Shown piece by piece: positions 10,589 through 23,682 of a stretch of 64,000 bases of DNA (position 1 is the first letter of the stretch; each line of letters begins with the position of its first letter). Under the pieces are notes generated by a model. The model searched no databases and was not told where the DNA came from. It saw only the letters and a program-made list of their open reading frames with translations. The translations under genes and the position numbers were made by a program. Location of the stretch: NCBI GenBank assembly GCA_963726195.1, contig CAVSBO010000008.1:96001-160000 (forward strand), given 5' to 3'. This DNA comes from Candidatus Thorarchaeota archaeon. Its GTDB lineage: Archaea > Asgardarchaeota > Thorarchaeia > Thorarchaeales > Thorarchaeaceae.

Positions 10589-12627
10589 TCATTGTAAGTT
10601 GGACAAAGTTGGACATATTTCCTTTGTCCTCCCAGGAACGGCACTGGGACTCTGGACATGAATTATGTTTCGTGCAGCATTGATGTCCGCATGAATGTGT
10701 GAGTCGCAGTTTGGACAGTAGAAGTACTCTCCACCTTTCTGTTCCACCTTTGACCTGCAACTATCGACACGTATGCCTTTCTGCCTGCACACATGGCAGG
10801 TCTGGCTGGTGTAGGCGGGGTTCACTGTCCACACACTGTACGGGCTATGACCCAGTGACTCGCGCATGTACCGGACAGTGTCGATAACCTCTCCCCACAG
10901 GTTGGTGGAGAGTCTCCACGACAGGGCTCCCTGACCAGCCGGGGTCTGGTAGTTCCTCAAGTCTTCGAAGTAAACGGTCTTCACACTGTGCTCTTCGCAG
11001 AACCAAACAGTGTGCGAAGCAACCAACCGGGAAACTTCACGGTCGAGACGACGCACCTTCTGCCACACAGCATCCTGATGTCTCTCTTTTTTTAGCAAGA
11101 ACACAGGATGCGACAGCCCCGGCCGTTTCTTGTCCCAGTTGTTCCTTCTCCTGTCCACTTCGGATCTGAGCAGCGAGGCCTGTTCTCTAAGCCTCTCCCT
11201 TTTCTCCAACAGATACTCCACTCTAAGCAGCTCGTCCAGGTAATCACCATCCTCTTGAACTGAAAGGGCAACGGGGACTCTCACACCCCTATCGACACCG
11301 GCTAGTGCAGTGTACTCCTTTTCTCCTAAGACCTGCAGCAGAGTCTTTCTGTCAGGGGAAAGAAAGGGGATTTGGAGTGTGACGCGATGACCTCTCATGA
11401 GCAGGCGAGGTGGGGCACTCCTCCTCAAGGACTTCAAACTCTTCATATCGGCCTCGAGCCTCGCCACCTCTTCGGGGTCGGATTCTCTCTTCTGTCTGAG
11501 GCATGAGAGCGCGTAGGCCAAGTGCTGGACTTGAATGGTGTTCATGAGCTGTTGGTGTTGGTCCTCAAGCTTCGCTGCCCTGAACCTCAGCCTGTGTTGC
11601 ACGAGCAACTCTTCCCTCCTGCTCGACTGCCTCGGCTCTGTTACGGCCGTCTCCCGCAGCACGAGGCAGCCAGTTCAGAAATCTGAAGGTCAGAGTCTGA
11701 GTACCATATGGAGAACCGTCGCTGGGTGTGCCATCGAGTCCCGGGAGGGAGCTTGATGTGGAGGAGAACCTCATTCTCCCTATCGTTGTCGAGTGTGAAC
11801 CAGTAACCCTGTCCCACACTGTTCTCTGTCGATGCCGAGTAGTCAAGGCTCCACTTTCTGAGCTGAGGGACTGTAAAGGGATACCCCTCCTTGTGCCAGC
11901 ATTGTATCCGCTCAGCTACGAGCGAGGTCACTTCCCCGAACTCGGGCGAGTTGGCCTGCAGGTGGTCACCGACCCGCTTCCTCTGCGCAGACCTCGACCC
12001 AAGGGGCTGAGCAAGTGAGGAGAGAATGTACTCGTCAAGAGCCCTCCTGATCTGTTTCAGAGCACCCAAGGCATAGTGATATCCTGTACCGTTGTCCTTT
12101 GCACGCTCACAGGAGTCTCTCACCTTTCGTATCAGGTCAGCTGGAATGTATCTGTTCCTGAGCAAACGGAGTTGGTCGGCAAGGGAAGCATCCAGAAGAG
12201 AAACTGCAGATTCCACAAGCCTTCTTCGAGTGTGGTCAGCATGAACCGTCCTGGCAGCCTGTTCCAGTACGTCCCTATGAAGCCTTTCGAACACAAGCTG
12301 TCTGAACTCTTCGTTATGCTGGTAACAGAGGTCACGCTCCTTCCTGAGGAGCGTGTAGCCATAACCCCTGTACTTCGTCAGCTCTTCGCCCAACCTCTTT
12401 GCTCTTGCAGGGTGAGAATAGACTCGCTCAAGTGCGAGGTTGACCGCCTTCACATACCTGTCCAAGTAAGTACCTATGGTAGCCAGCCCAAGATCCCCGA
12501 CCTTTGTGCCAAAGGTCCTGCATAATGTATGCAGTCTTTCTTGGGATGATATGGATGCGTTTGAGGGGAAGGTTCTCCTACTGAAGGCCGGGTCTGGCTG
12601 CTTTCCAAGACCTTTGTGCGAGGGCAT
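10589..12627 (-). CDS. tnpB: Large TnpB/Cas12-like RNA-guided endonuclease (~680 aa; 1-2 frameshifts near 11590-11745)
   Basis: RuvC-I LAGVDRG, RuvC-II VYFEDL, VNPAYTSQTCHVC, FYCPNC..HADINAARNI; N-terminal part in ORF 11641-12750; start chosen at the ATG downstream of a TATA-like tract. Confidence 0.85.
10596..10615 (+). repeat. Subterminal tandem repeat AAGTTGGACA x2 (TnpB-proximal end)
   Basis: Perfect 10-bp tandem, 9 bp inside the CC core. Confidence 0.85.
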
Positions 12628-12680
12628 GTAATCTTGGGAACACAGGGTGAAGGACTCGACAAGATATCTCACGTGACCAC

Positions 12681-12914
12681 AATTATATATGCCGCCCATT
12701 GTTGTATGCATGCTCTGCGTCCGGGGGTGGCGCTGGACGGGTCGTTTCACGGCAGTTCCTCAACATCTCTGTGTATTGCGGTCCTCTTAAGCGCCACCAA
12801 TTATATATATCATGGAAGTTTCCCAACTGAGAACTTATGCATACTATATTTGCCACTTTTGACTGTCATATCGCTTGTATAATTAGCCATATTGTCACAG
12901 CATCCTTATAAATA
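12681..12914. promoter_or_regulatory. Divergent AT-rich promoter region with three TATA-like boxes
   Basis: AATTATATAT 12681-12690, AATTATATATAT 12799-12810, TTATAAATA 12906-12914 (about 20 nt before ATG 12934). Confidence 0.55.
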
Positions 12915-12933
12915 GCTGAGGTCCACCAGTACC

Positions 12934-15900
12934 ATGCTCAAGGGCGAGACCGATGTCAGACCAAGTGAGGTTTTGAGAGATTCATTGTCAATAGGCCTGG
13001 CCGCCATAGCCAGACTGACAAGGTGTCGCTCCAATTCCACTGTCAGGAAGTACGTCGACTCGATAGCCCAGTGCTGGTCCGATGCATCTGCCAAGCTGGA
13101 AAACGTCCTTGCCACGACACAGTACGGAGCATCTGCGATCGTGTCATCAATCGCAGCCATAGAGCACAGTCTTCGGCACTCCATCTCAAGTTCCTCTGGC
13201 AGAGCACGAAACGCTACGGAAACCGCGAATTCAAACGGGTTTACGATTGGAGACAGGGCTCTGTTGGTCCGCTTAACGGGTTTCTGAACTACCTTGGAGC
13301 AAGGCTCAGAGACCTTGCCGTTACCCGCTATTCATTTCCAACACCCCAGCACTATCAGGTGAGAGAGTACCCTGACGGCTCCAAGAAGGTTCTCGCAGCG
13401 TCCGTTGCATCCAAGTTACCCATTGACGGCTCAGTAAAGAGATACTGGAAGGCAGGATACCCAGGGACATCGAGAGCCCCGCGGGTGCTGCTAGCACACC
13501 CAACTCTTCCGGAAATGGACTTCGTGGACATGCTCCGGGGGCATCTGGTCGAGCTCTCTCGTCAGCTGTTTATCTACAACGTGCCCCGTGATGATGCCCA
13601 TAGATACATCCGACTCTTGGTTGCTCGGTTAACGCCATTCCTCGACTGGGTCTACACAGGAGGAAAGGCAGGTCGCAAGAACTTCTGTCCTGATGGTGAC
13701 AGAGAACTCAGGCACCTTGTCCTCGAAATACGGTCCACTTACGGCAGAAGAGCTGGACAGGGTCGTAGGACATCTGAGATGGCTCAGCAAGAGGGAACTC
13801 CGAGTGTCAGTATCGCTACGCTCACAGAGAAAGCCATTGGACTACTCCAGAGCACCCAAGATCCTGAGATTCGGAAGGCATGCGAGCGCATACTTGACAG
13901 TATAAACCAAGAGGTTCTCACCGAGAATGACGTGATGCGGCTCAGGGAGCACATAGTCGCTCTAATTCAACAGGAGGGCAATGACTGGCACAGGGTGCTT
14001 CTATCAGACCTGCATCACTGTTCTCTCATCGATGCTGTTCTGAGCGGCGACTCGATGCTTGAGACTGTCTCCGATAGACAGTTCTTAGCCGAGGTTCTCA
14101 ATGAAAGGTTCTGAAGACCAAGGGCAGGCTGATATTGTCCTCTTTCTGAGGAGAAAAGCGGGACTACGAGTAGTCTGGACTCCCGTGATGGTTCTGGAGA
14201 TAAAGACGAGAAGCTCCTTCGATTTTGCGCTCTACGGCCTAAGACCACGAACCAAGATTATGAACGCGTTTGTGCCAGCCCTTTGCCCTTGGAAAGTGTT
14301 CTCTTTCAGAGAAAGAGTGGGAGAGCATCGTTTCGTCAGAACCGCCGCAGAGCAACCTGCGACAGTTGGAGCTCTATGAACGAGGACTGATAGAGGAGTA
14401 CCGACGACTGGTTCCTGAGGATCACACGCTGCCGTCTCTCTGTGGAAAGGTGTCGTAGTGGTCGACAGCTTACAGACATACAAAGAGACCTTCGAAGCCT
14501 TCTCTGCTCTCACTCAGAACCTGATGCAGCTTCGTCACTTGCCATCAGGAAAAGGAAGATGGTCTTCGCTGAGCATGAAAGACCTCTTTGACAGGAGTCC
14601 GAGAGTCGCATTGCTGATGTCACCTTCCGAGGGGCCATCCCACTTGCTCAGTCGGACCACATTTCCAGACTCCATCTTGATAGAGAACCCGTTCAAGGAC
14701 AGTACCGAACACCAGCGGAATCTGACGCTCTACATACCTGTCGCATCAGTCAACATCTGGAGGAAGAGCCGCTGCATGGCACTCCAAGAACTGGCATTTG
14801 CTCAACCATATCCAAGAACTGCGCGAAAGAGACCGGGATGTTGGAGGTGTGGTCTGGCTGGATTTAACCAGCTCTCTTCCTGAAGGGTTTCGCAGACGTG
14901 CTTTCAGGCTGGAGAACACCAGGAGGAAGAAAGGGCGGCTTCTGGAACACTTGCAGCGATTCTGGATGAAGTCGATTTTCATGACATGGGGAATATGGTG
15001 CGAGAATACCTTGCAGGCAGGGCTGATGCAGACATAGCACGGGAGCTGACTGGTATCAGGCAATCACGGCAGCCCGGCTCCCGATTCATCGTCGTCATTG
15101 ATGGATGGAGCGAACTCCGCCAAATGGTCCATGGCTCTGAAAGGCAGAGACTCAGAGCCCTTGAACAGCTTCTCGTCGAGAAGATTGTCGCAAAAGAGAA
15201 CGAGGTCATATGGGTTGACAGTGGAATCCAGCACACGAAGATGAACTTGATTTACCAGAGACCATGCGTACGTCCGCTGGAGGCAGATTCGCCTCGCAGA
15301 CTTCGTCTCGGGGAGATATTATGGAACATGCCTTTGCCGCCAAAGGGATTCGGATGGCAGGCACCATGGTTTGACGATAAGAGGGTGATTATTCAGGACA
15401 CTGCCACTTCAGCACCTCTCTGGTCAACGGTAATTGATGTGCCGATGTTAAGACATTGGCCGAGGAAGTTCAGAGGTCTATCGAACAGGGAAGTGACAAT
15501 CCAGGAATATGAAGTCAGGTCCAGTCTTCTGACAGACGAAGACATGTACGGTCGGTCTGTCCGGCTTTCTTCTATCCAAGCCGATATGCAGCAGCTTTCT
15601 GAAGAGACAATCATGGACATTCAAGAGAAAGCGATGAGTCTCGCTCCGAGCCTACTCAGATCAAGAAACAGGGAAGAACAACAAGTCATACCAGACACCG
15701 AACAGTCGTCGATGACCCTGCTTTCCGTTATGGTTACATGTGCCTCGCCTCCGACCCTTAGTGATAGACTGCATCTCCAGCCCTGTCATCCTCCTCCTGA
15801 GCCCGGGCGGTCCAAGCTGAGATATGTGGACCCGGAGCGGATAACACGTGAGTGGCAGAACAGAATCCTAAAGAAGGACGAGGAAGATAGCAAGAGAAGT

Positions 15901-18058
15901 CGCATGACCCGGCGGCCTCCGCTCTATGCTGTGACCATGTCTCAGAGAATCGACTCCGACACAACTCGAAGACGTGAAGTCAGACGACTAATGCATGCGG
16001 CCGACTATCTCAAGCACCGACTCGACCCCGGCGAAGATCTGGAAGTTCTGTTCGAAGACATAGTTGCTTGCTGTCGTTCCACGCTTGAAGGCCCAAGAAA
16101 TGGCCAGTTGTATCTGAAGACTTTGTTGGAAGTCCATGACATGATTCTTGAGAACACGAGACGGCGAGGTGCATGGCTTTTGATAGAGCAAGAGAGGAAC
16201 ACCCTCGGAGATGTTCTGAGCCTTGAGAACCGTGCCGCGCTTCAACAAGCGATGTCTCGCAACCCCGAGCTGCTGACGCTATATGGCAACAATCTGTTCC
16301 TTGCTGTAATCGTTGCCATCACGAGAATCATGGATGACCCCGTTGATCTGGGGATACTCCCACTATGGAGAGCAGTTGCAGAATGGGAGCTCTATCAGAT
16401 GGGTTTCAAGCCCGCAGAGAGGCCGCCATACATGGCTCGTTCCAGATACGACTTCGCGTCAATCTATGGCAACCTGCTGTTCCGGACAAGGAACCTCGTA
16501 TCTCAGAAACAGAAATCACAGGCCGCACCGAAGAGGCCTCAGGCATATCAGTATAGAGAGGGGATACTTGTCGGTAAAGAGGGGTCGTCCTGCTGGCTCC
16601 TGTTCAAAGCGGATGATGGAAGGGTTGTATGCGGGTTGCTAGAGGACCCCGGTGGCAGGCTGGGCATAGGTTGGTATCGATGTTCTACCAATCCTGCGCA
16701 GATGTCTGAGGCTGCTGAGGACACTCTTCACGGGAGCAACGACGACATTCAGATGCACTTGGCCGTGACCACCGTGGGCAAATCCGAGATACTCTGGCAG
16801 CGGCACGAAGAAGGCACCGGTGGCTGGATGCTTCTGGGACGACTTGAGTATCAGATTAACGAACGAGAGGGAGTCGCAACCATACCGTGGCTGAAGACAT
16901 CAGAACCGGATTTGAAGACCTCGCTAGGCCTATCTGAGAGCATGCCCGTAGGTGTACCATCCTCAGAGTCAACGTCGCGGCTACTAACCCCTCTCAAGAA
17001 AATAGCAGAGTGGAATGTCGAAGTCAAGAGTGTGAAGTGTGAGGTCTCATTGGACACTAGGAAAAGAGCGTATGTCATTACATTTCGCAATCCTGAACTG
17101 CCCAGCCAGTGAAGTCTACGAGAGTTTTGAGAGCGCAGACACCCTTGAAATCGTGTCCGTACTGAGGTCGCCCGTGACAGGAAAACAACAGGTGATCACA
17201 AAGGAAGGAGCAGTCCTCACTTGGGACCATCTGAAGGATATCGACTATGGGGTCGCAACAGTTCCAACTCGAGATGGTGAGGCAGATATCAGCCTGTCAT
17301 TCCTCAGACCTCTTGTCCATCGCAGTCGGTTCTTTGCCGGAGATTATGTGGTTCCATACAATGCGACTCAGCTGTTCACTCTTAGAGAGGGACCGCCTGT
17401 GACGATCAGAGTCCTCCCGTGGGACAGAAAACAAAGTGACTATGACCTCAGACGACTCAGGGTCACCATTGATGGACTCAACGAGGACTCTGGCTTGAAG
17501 GGTCTCGAGGATAGAATGATGAAAGTCCGGGATGTCGCTCTGCTGACGGACTGCGAGCACTCATCGATGTCAGGTCAGGTCTGGTACATCCCGTACGAGT
17601 TAACGTCAGAAAGGTGGTCGGGCTTAAGTCTCCTGAGGACATATCAGATTCCCGACTTGTGGAGCTGACTTTCGGAGTTGGAGGAGGAGAGCCATGATTC
17701 AGATGAGGAGTCAGAGTCTTACTCAGACGAGAAGCAAGAGAAGAGTTCCAAAGCGGAACAACGTCAAATGGTCTTCGTGTCAGCCAATGTAATCGTTGGC
17801 AGGCGAATGACTGTCATAGAGTATCATGTAGACGTGACGTTGGCTCCGGTCGATGATACAAAAAGCGTGGAGGTGGGAGAACTCATGACAGTGAGGTGGG
17901 AGAAAGGCCGTACTGCAGCCAACTATGAGGGCTTAGCAGAAGAGATTAGTGCGAATCTCAGGAAACAGGGCGTGGTGGAAGGCGACCATGGGGAAGCCAC
18001 CCGAGACATTATGGCTCTGCTGGAGAAGGCGGGCCTGCCGGTTCTGGAGGATGAGTAA
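12934..18058 (+). CDS. Giant (~1,700 aa) hypothetical protein with PD-(D/E)XK/RecB-like nuclease motifs and a degenerate P-loop-like region, split into about 8 ORFs by frameshifts
   Basis: Abutting or overlapping + strand ORFs from 12934 to 18058; motifs GQADIVL..VLEIKT..QLELYE; Walker-B-like FIVVIDG. Confidence 0.6.
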
Positions 18059-18187
18059 GAGGAAATGGTTGCAGTGCCAGATACTGTGAACCCAAGGCTG
18101 GCAGCCGCGGTTCCTCGATCACGACTTAGCCTATCCGACATTGTTACAACACGCTGCAGCATTCATCCGCCTTGGATGTGTCCTCCA

Positions 18188-18207
18188 TGTCCAAGATTGT
18201 CCAACTT
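18188..18207 (-). repeat. Subterminal tandem repeat AAGTTGGACA-ATCTTGGACA (distal end, inverted relative to the other end)
   Basis: TGTCCAAGAT TGTCCAACTT on the + strand. Confidence 0.85.
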
Positions 18208-18221
18208 CTAGGCAGTGGATA

Positions 18222-18629
18222 CCCTTGAAGGGGCGCTCGATTTCAAGATCGGCAGCAGTTCGTGTGTCAGGAGAAAAGGAGCAAGGTAGTTCACTGCCAA
18301 TGATCGTCGAAACCATCGACAGTTACCTCTCGCTTGTTGAAGACAGCGCCAGCATTGTTGTCTAGAACGTCAAGTCGCTCATGACTATTCTGAAACTCTT
18401 CTGCAAAACGACGTATCTCTTGCACAGAGGAGAGGTCACAAATCATGAGTTCGAGCGCATTGTTGCCGGTTGTCTTAGCGATTTCCGCACGCGCTTGTTC
18501 GCCTCGCTCTCTGTTTCTAACAACCATAACTACATTGGCATCCATCCGAGCCAATGCTCTGGCCGTCTCTTTTCCTATCCCTGAGTTGCTGCCGGTGACT
18601 ACGCAGACCTTGTTTGTCATGAGTCCCAT
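18222..18629 (-). pseudogene. SDR oxidoreductase N-terminal half (plus a 1-bp frameshift near 18310)
   Basis: VTGSNSGIG, CDLSS, LDVLDNNAG, AVNYLAPFLLT, ending at SSAPSR at the insertion junction. Confidence 0.9.
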
Positions 18630-18794
18630 TCTCTCTGCTCCCAGTACACTACTCGTGTTCTGTTGGTGCTTCATGAAACCAATAACACGGATTATCAGAA
18701 TCGCAACGGATTTCCTATGATTCCGTTATTGTAGTATCGATAGGGCCTTTTCCGTGCGTCGAGAGGTTGCACTCATAATTGTCACTCTAATCCA

Positions 18795-21002
<2,208 letters not shown>

Positions 21003-21009
21003 TTCAGAG

Positions 21010-22422
21010 ATGAGGACCAGCGTAGACGTATCAAAGCATATCGATGAGATGAGTTCACGACTGGACGCAGGACACTATCTCTCGGTTGGATATCGCAATG
21101 TTGGCTGTCCGCTGTCAGCCACTGCTTCTGAGTCGATTCAGGCAATAGAATCCTTCCCCGAACACACCCAGTTGAGCGAAGTCGTGAGGGGAATTGACAT
21201 ACTCCGAGATTCTCCAGAGTGTACGTTGATGAACAAAAGGGGGCCCCATTCCTTTCTGGCACAGATATTACGAGAACATACAGTCCGCGAATAAAATACC
21301 TGTCCTTGGAGGCCCACAGGAATTTGTTACCTCGGCTGACAATCCGGAAGGGAATGATTCTCGTATCATTGGCTCAGTAACTTTATAAGCCGGACAGCCT
21401 TGGTTGGCGAATACTGGAATGGTTGGACTGCAAGTCAGCATGTCCTTAGAATAAGAGTCGACGATGATTGTTTGAACGCGGGGTATCTATATGCATTCTT
21501 GTGTACCGAGTATGCACAGTCCCAGATTAGTAGAGAGATTCACGGGTCAGTTGTTGACGAAATCAATGAGGTTCAAATGGGAAATGTTCTGCTACCGATT
21601 CCTGACAAGCGGATTCAGGCCTCAATTGCAAAGCTGGCATGCGACGGAGTCGCTAGGTTGGATTATTTTCGGTCCACGACCCAGAAAGCTACTCAGACAA
21701 TATCAGCAGAAACTGGCGTGGATATGCATCTGGCTGATAGCAAATGGCACGTACTAGAGTCCAATGCGGTACGCGACCGACTTGATGCGACACACTACAT
21801 GCGAGCAGCCTTAGAGATTGAAAGGATGATGGCCAGTCAATCGTCTGAAAAGGTAGGAAGACTCGCAAGTGTCTTTCTGGCACCCAGATTCAGGCGCTTC
21901 TACGTGGATTATAGCAATGGAATTCCATTCCTCTCCGGAAAGAGCATATTGCAGGTATTTCCGACGCCACTGCAGTACCTTTCACGTGACTTGCATGCTG
22001 ACCTCATTCCTCTTCTAGAAGTCAAAAAGGGAACCATTCTGGTCACATGTTCTGGGACAGTCGGGAATATCGGAATGGTATGGAATCAATGGAATGGATG
22101 GGCTGCCTCTCAGCACATTCTGCGGGTAACACCCTCATCCGAACATATCCATCCCGGATTCCTCTATGCATTTCTGATGAGTCCGTGTGCCCAGCTGCAG
22201 ATAGCGAAGCAAGTTCACGGCTCGGTCATCGATGAGATTACAGACTACCAGCTGGGCGAGCTTCTTGTGCCCCTGATTCAGTGGGAGAAACAGAAGGAGA
22301 TTGGGGAAAAAATACATCTGGCGCTGGATGCGCTCGACGAGGCGCGTTCTCTGATTTCCGCAGCAGTGGATGGCGCCGCCTCGGGGATTATGGAGGCCGT
22401 TCGGCCTCTCCAATCATTATGA
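21010..22422 (+). CDS. hsdS: Restriction-modification specificity subunit (HsdS-like, two TRDs), frameshifted at the 5' end
   Basis: RLDA.HY twice, GIPFLSG, GTILVTCSGTVG, YLYAFL, HGSV.DEI repeated. Confidence 0.8.
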
Positions 22423-22707
22423 TGGTATGATGATTTCGGCTTCACAAGAATCAGGTTGCAACCAGAGGCCGATCGAAGATGACGGTCTCATGAGGGGGCC
22501 CCTGAGATGTGTTAGGCATGGCGAGAAGAAATCTCGTTACATCGACTTCTGCTTTGACTCTTCTCACTAATGGTAAGACGTGCAAATCCAAGGATGGCCC
22601 TTGCCGAAGGCACATACCTTATAAACGAATTGTGCCCAACGTTGGGCGGATGTCAAACGTTCAACATAACCGGTGCGTTTGACAACTGTTGTTTAGAGGC
22701 TAAGTCA

Positions 22708-23615
22708 ATGTCCACAAATTACGGTACAGTCTTCGACGACCTGAAGTCAAGCTTCGGGCTGGCAAAGCACAACATACTGAGTTACCTTCTCGCCAACTTG
22801 GGAATGGCAATAGTCTTGATTGTTCTGCTTGTACTGGTCATGATTCCAGTTGCCATCATCGCTATGACCGCCTACGGCGTCATGGGTCCCGGCTTTGGTC
22901 CTATGATGGTTACCTGGGCAGTGCAGAATCCCCTAGTAATTGGCGGGACTGCAATCTTAGTCGTAATCCCTATCGTATCCATCTTTCTGGTGGTTGTCGG
23001 TTCAATCTATGGGATGACTAATGATCTTGTCACTACTGGAGAAACCAAAGCAGAGAACGCTTTCTCCCATCTTCGGGCCAAGTTCATCTCGTTCATCAGC
23101 GCTGGTGCCATGCTGACCATAGTAATCGTTGTCCCGCAGTTGGTAGTGTGGGGCTTGGCATCAAACATGTTTGCATACACTATGGTTGGTCTACCACAAT
23201 ACATTCTGGCTGCCTTTTCGTTTGTGTGGACCTTCATCACAGTAGGCCTGACATCGATGGTTTTTCCGGCGGTTGTTAGCGGAAAGGGCGTGCAGGAAGC
23301 CTTCCATGAGTCATTCAAGCTTGCTACGCAGCGCTTCGACCGTGTCTTCGGCCTGCTGACATCAATCGTGGTGCTAGCCGCCGCGACGCTTGCCCCAATG
23401 ATGATCTGGGGGTTGCAAGCGGATGGACCATGAATCCGTTTAGTCCAGTGCAGTTAGGAATGGTGGCAATCGTCGGAGTCTGGACTCTGTTCGTCCTTCT
23501 CATGTGGGCTCTGGTTCTCTATCCGATGGTAATCATCGCATTCGTAAGAGTCTACCACGAACTCACCGACGGACAGGTTGCGCCTGCTCGCCAAGCCGAA
23601 ATACCAATCGCATGA
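22708..23615 (+). CDS. Multi-pass membrane protein (frameshift near 23420)
   Basis: Hydrophobic ORFs 22570-23433 and 23430-23615; paralog of the next gene. Confidence 0.7.
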
Positions 23616-23628
23616 ACAGAAGAGAAAC

Positions 23629-23655
23629 GAGAGTGCCAACCATCACGGCACTCTC
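23629..23655 (+). terminator. Intergenic hairpin
   Basis: GAGAGTGCC / GGCACTCTC 9-bp stem. Confidence 0.4.
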
Positions 23656-23682
23656 AAACCATTCAATGTAGGTGATTAAGAA

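Larger units (their letters stand above)
10587..18221 (-). mobile_element. ~7.6-kb IS607-like TnpB element with giant cargo ORF and no recognisable transposase
   Basis: Interrupts the SDR gene; both junctions share a GG (minus strand) and removal restores ...TCA AGG GTT ATC AAC; inverted tandem AAGTTGGACA repeats at both ends; TnpB-like ORF ends at the right end. Confidence 0.8.

Noticed and set aside
12718-18175. HDV-like ribozyme or group I intron (IStron) in the element's structured regions
   Set aside because: The helix order does not match the HDV topology, and the non-coding ends are too short with no recognisable group I core.
10500-18300. CRISPR array associated with the Cas12-like protein
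   Set aside because: No repeat-spacer array found; only 10-bp end repeats and an 11-bp AT-rich duplicate.
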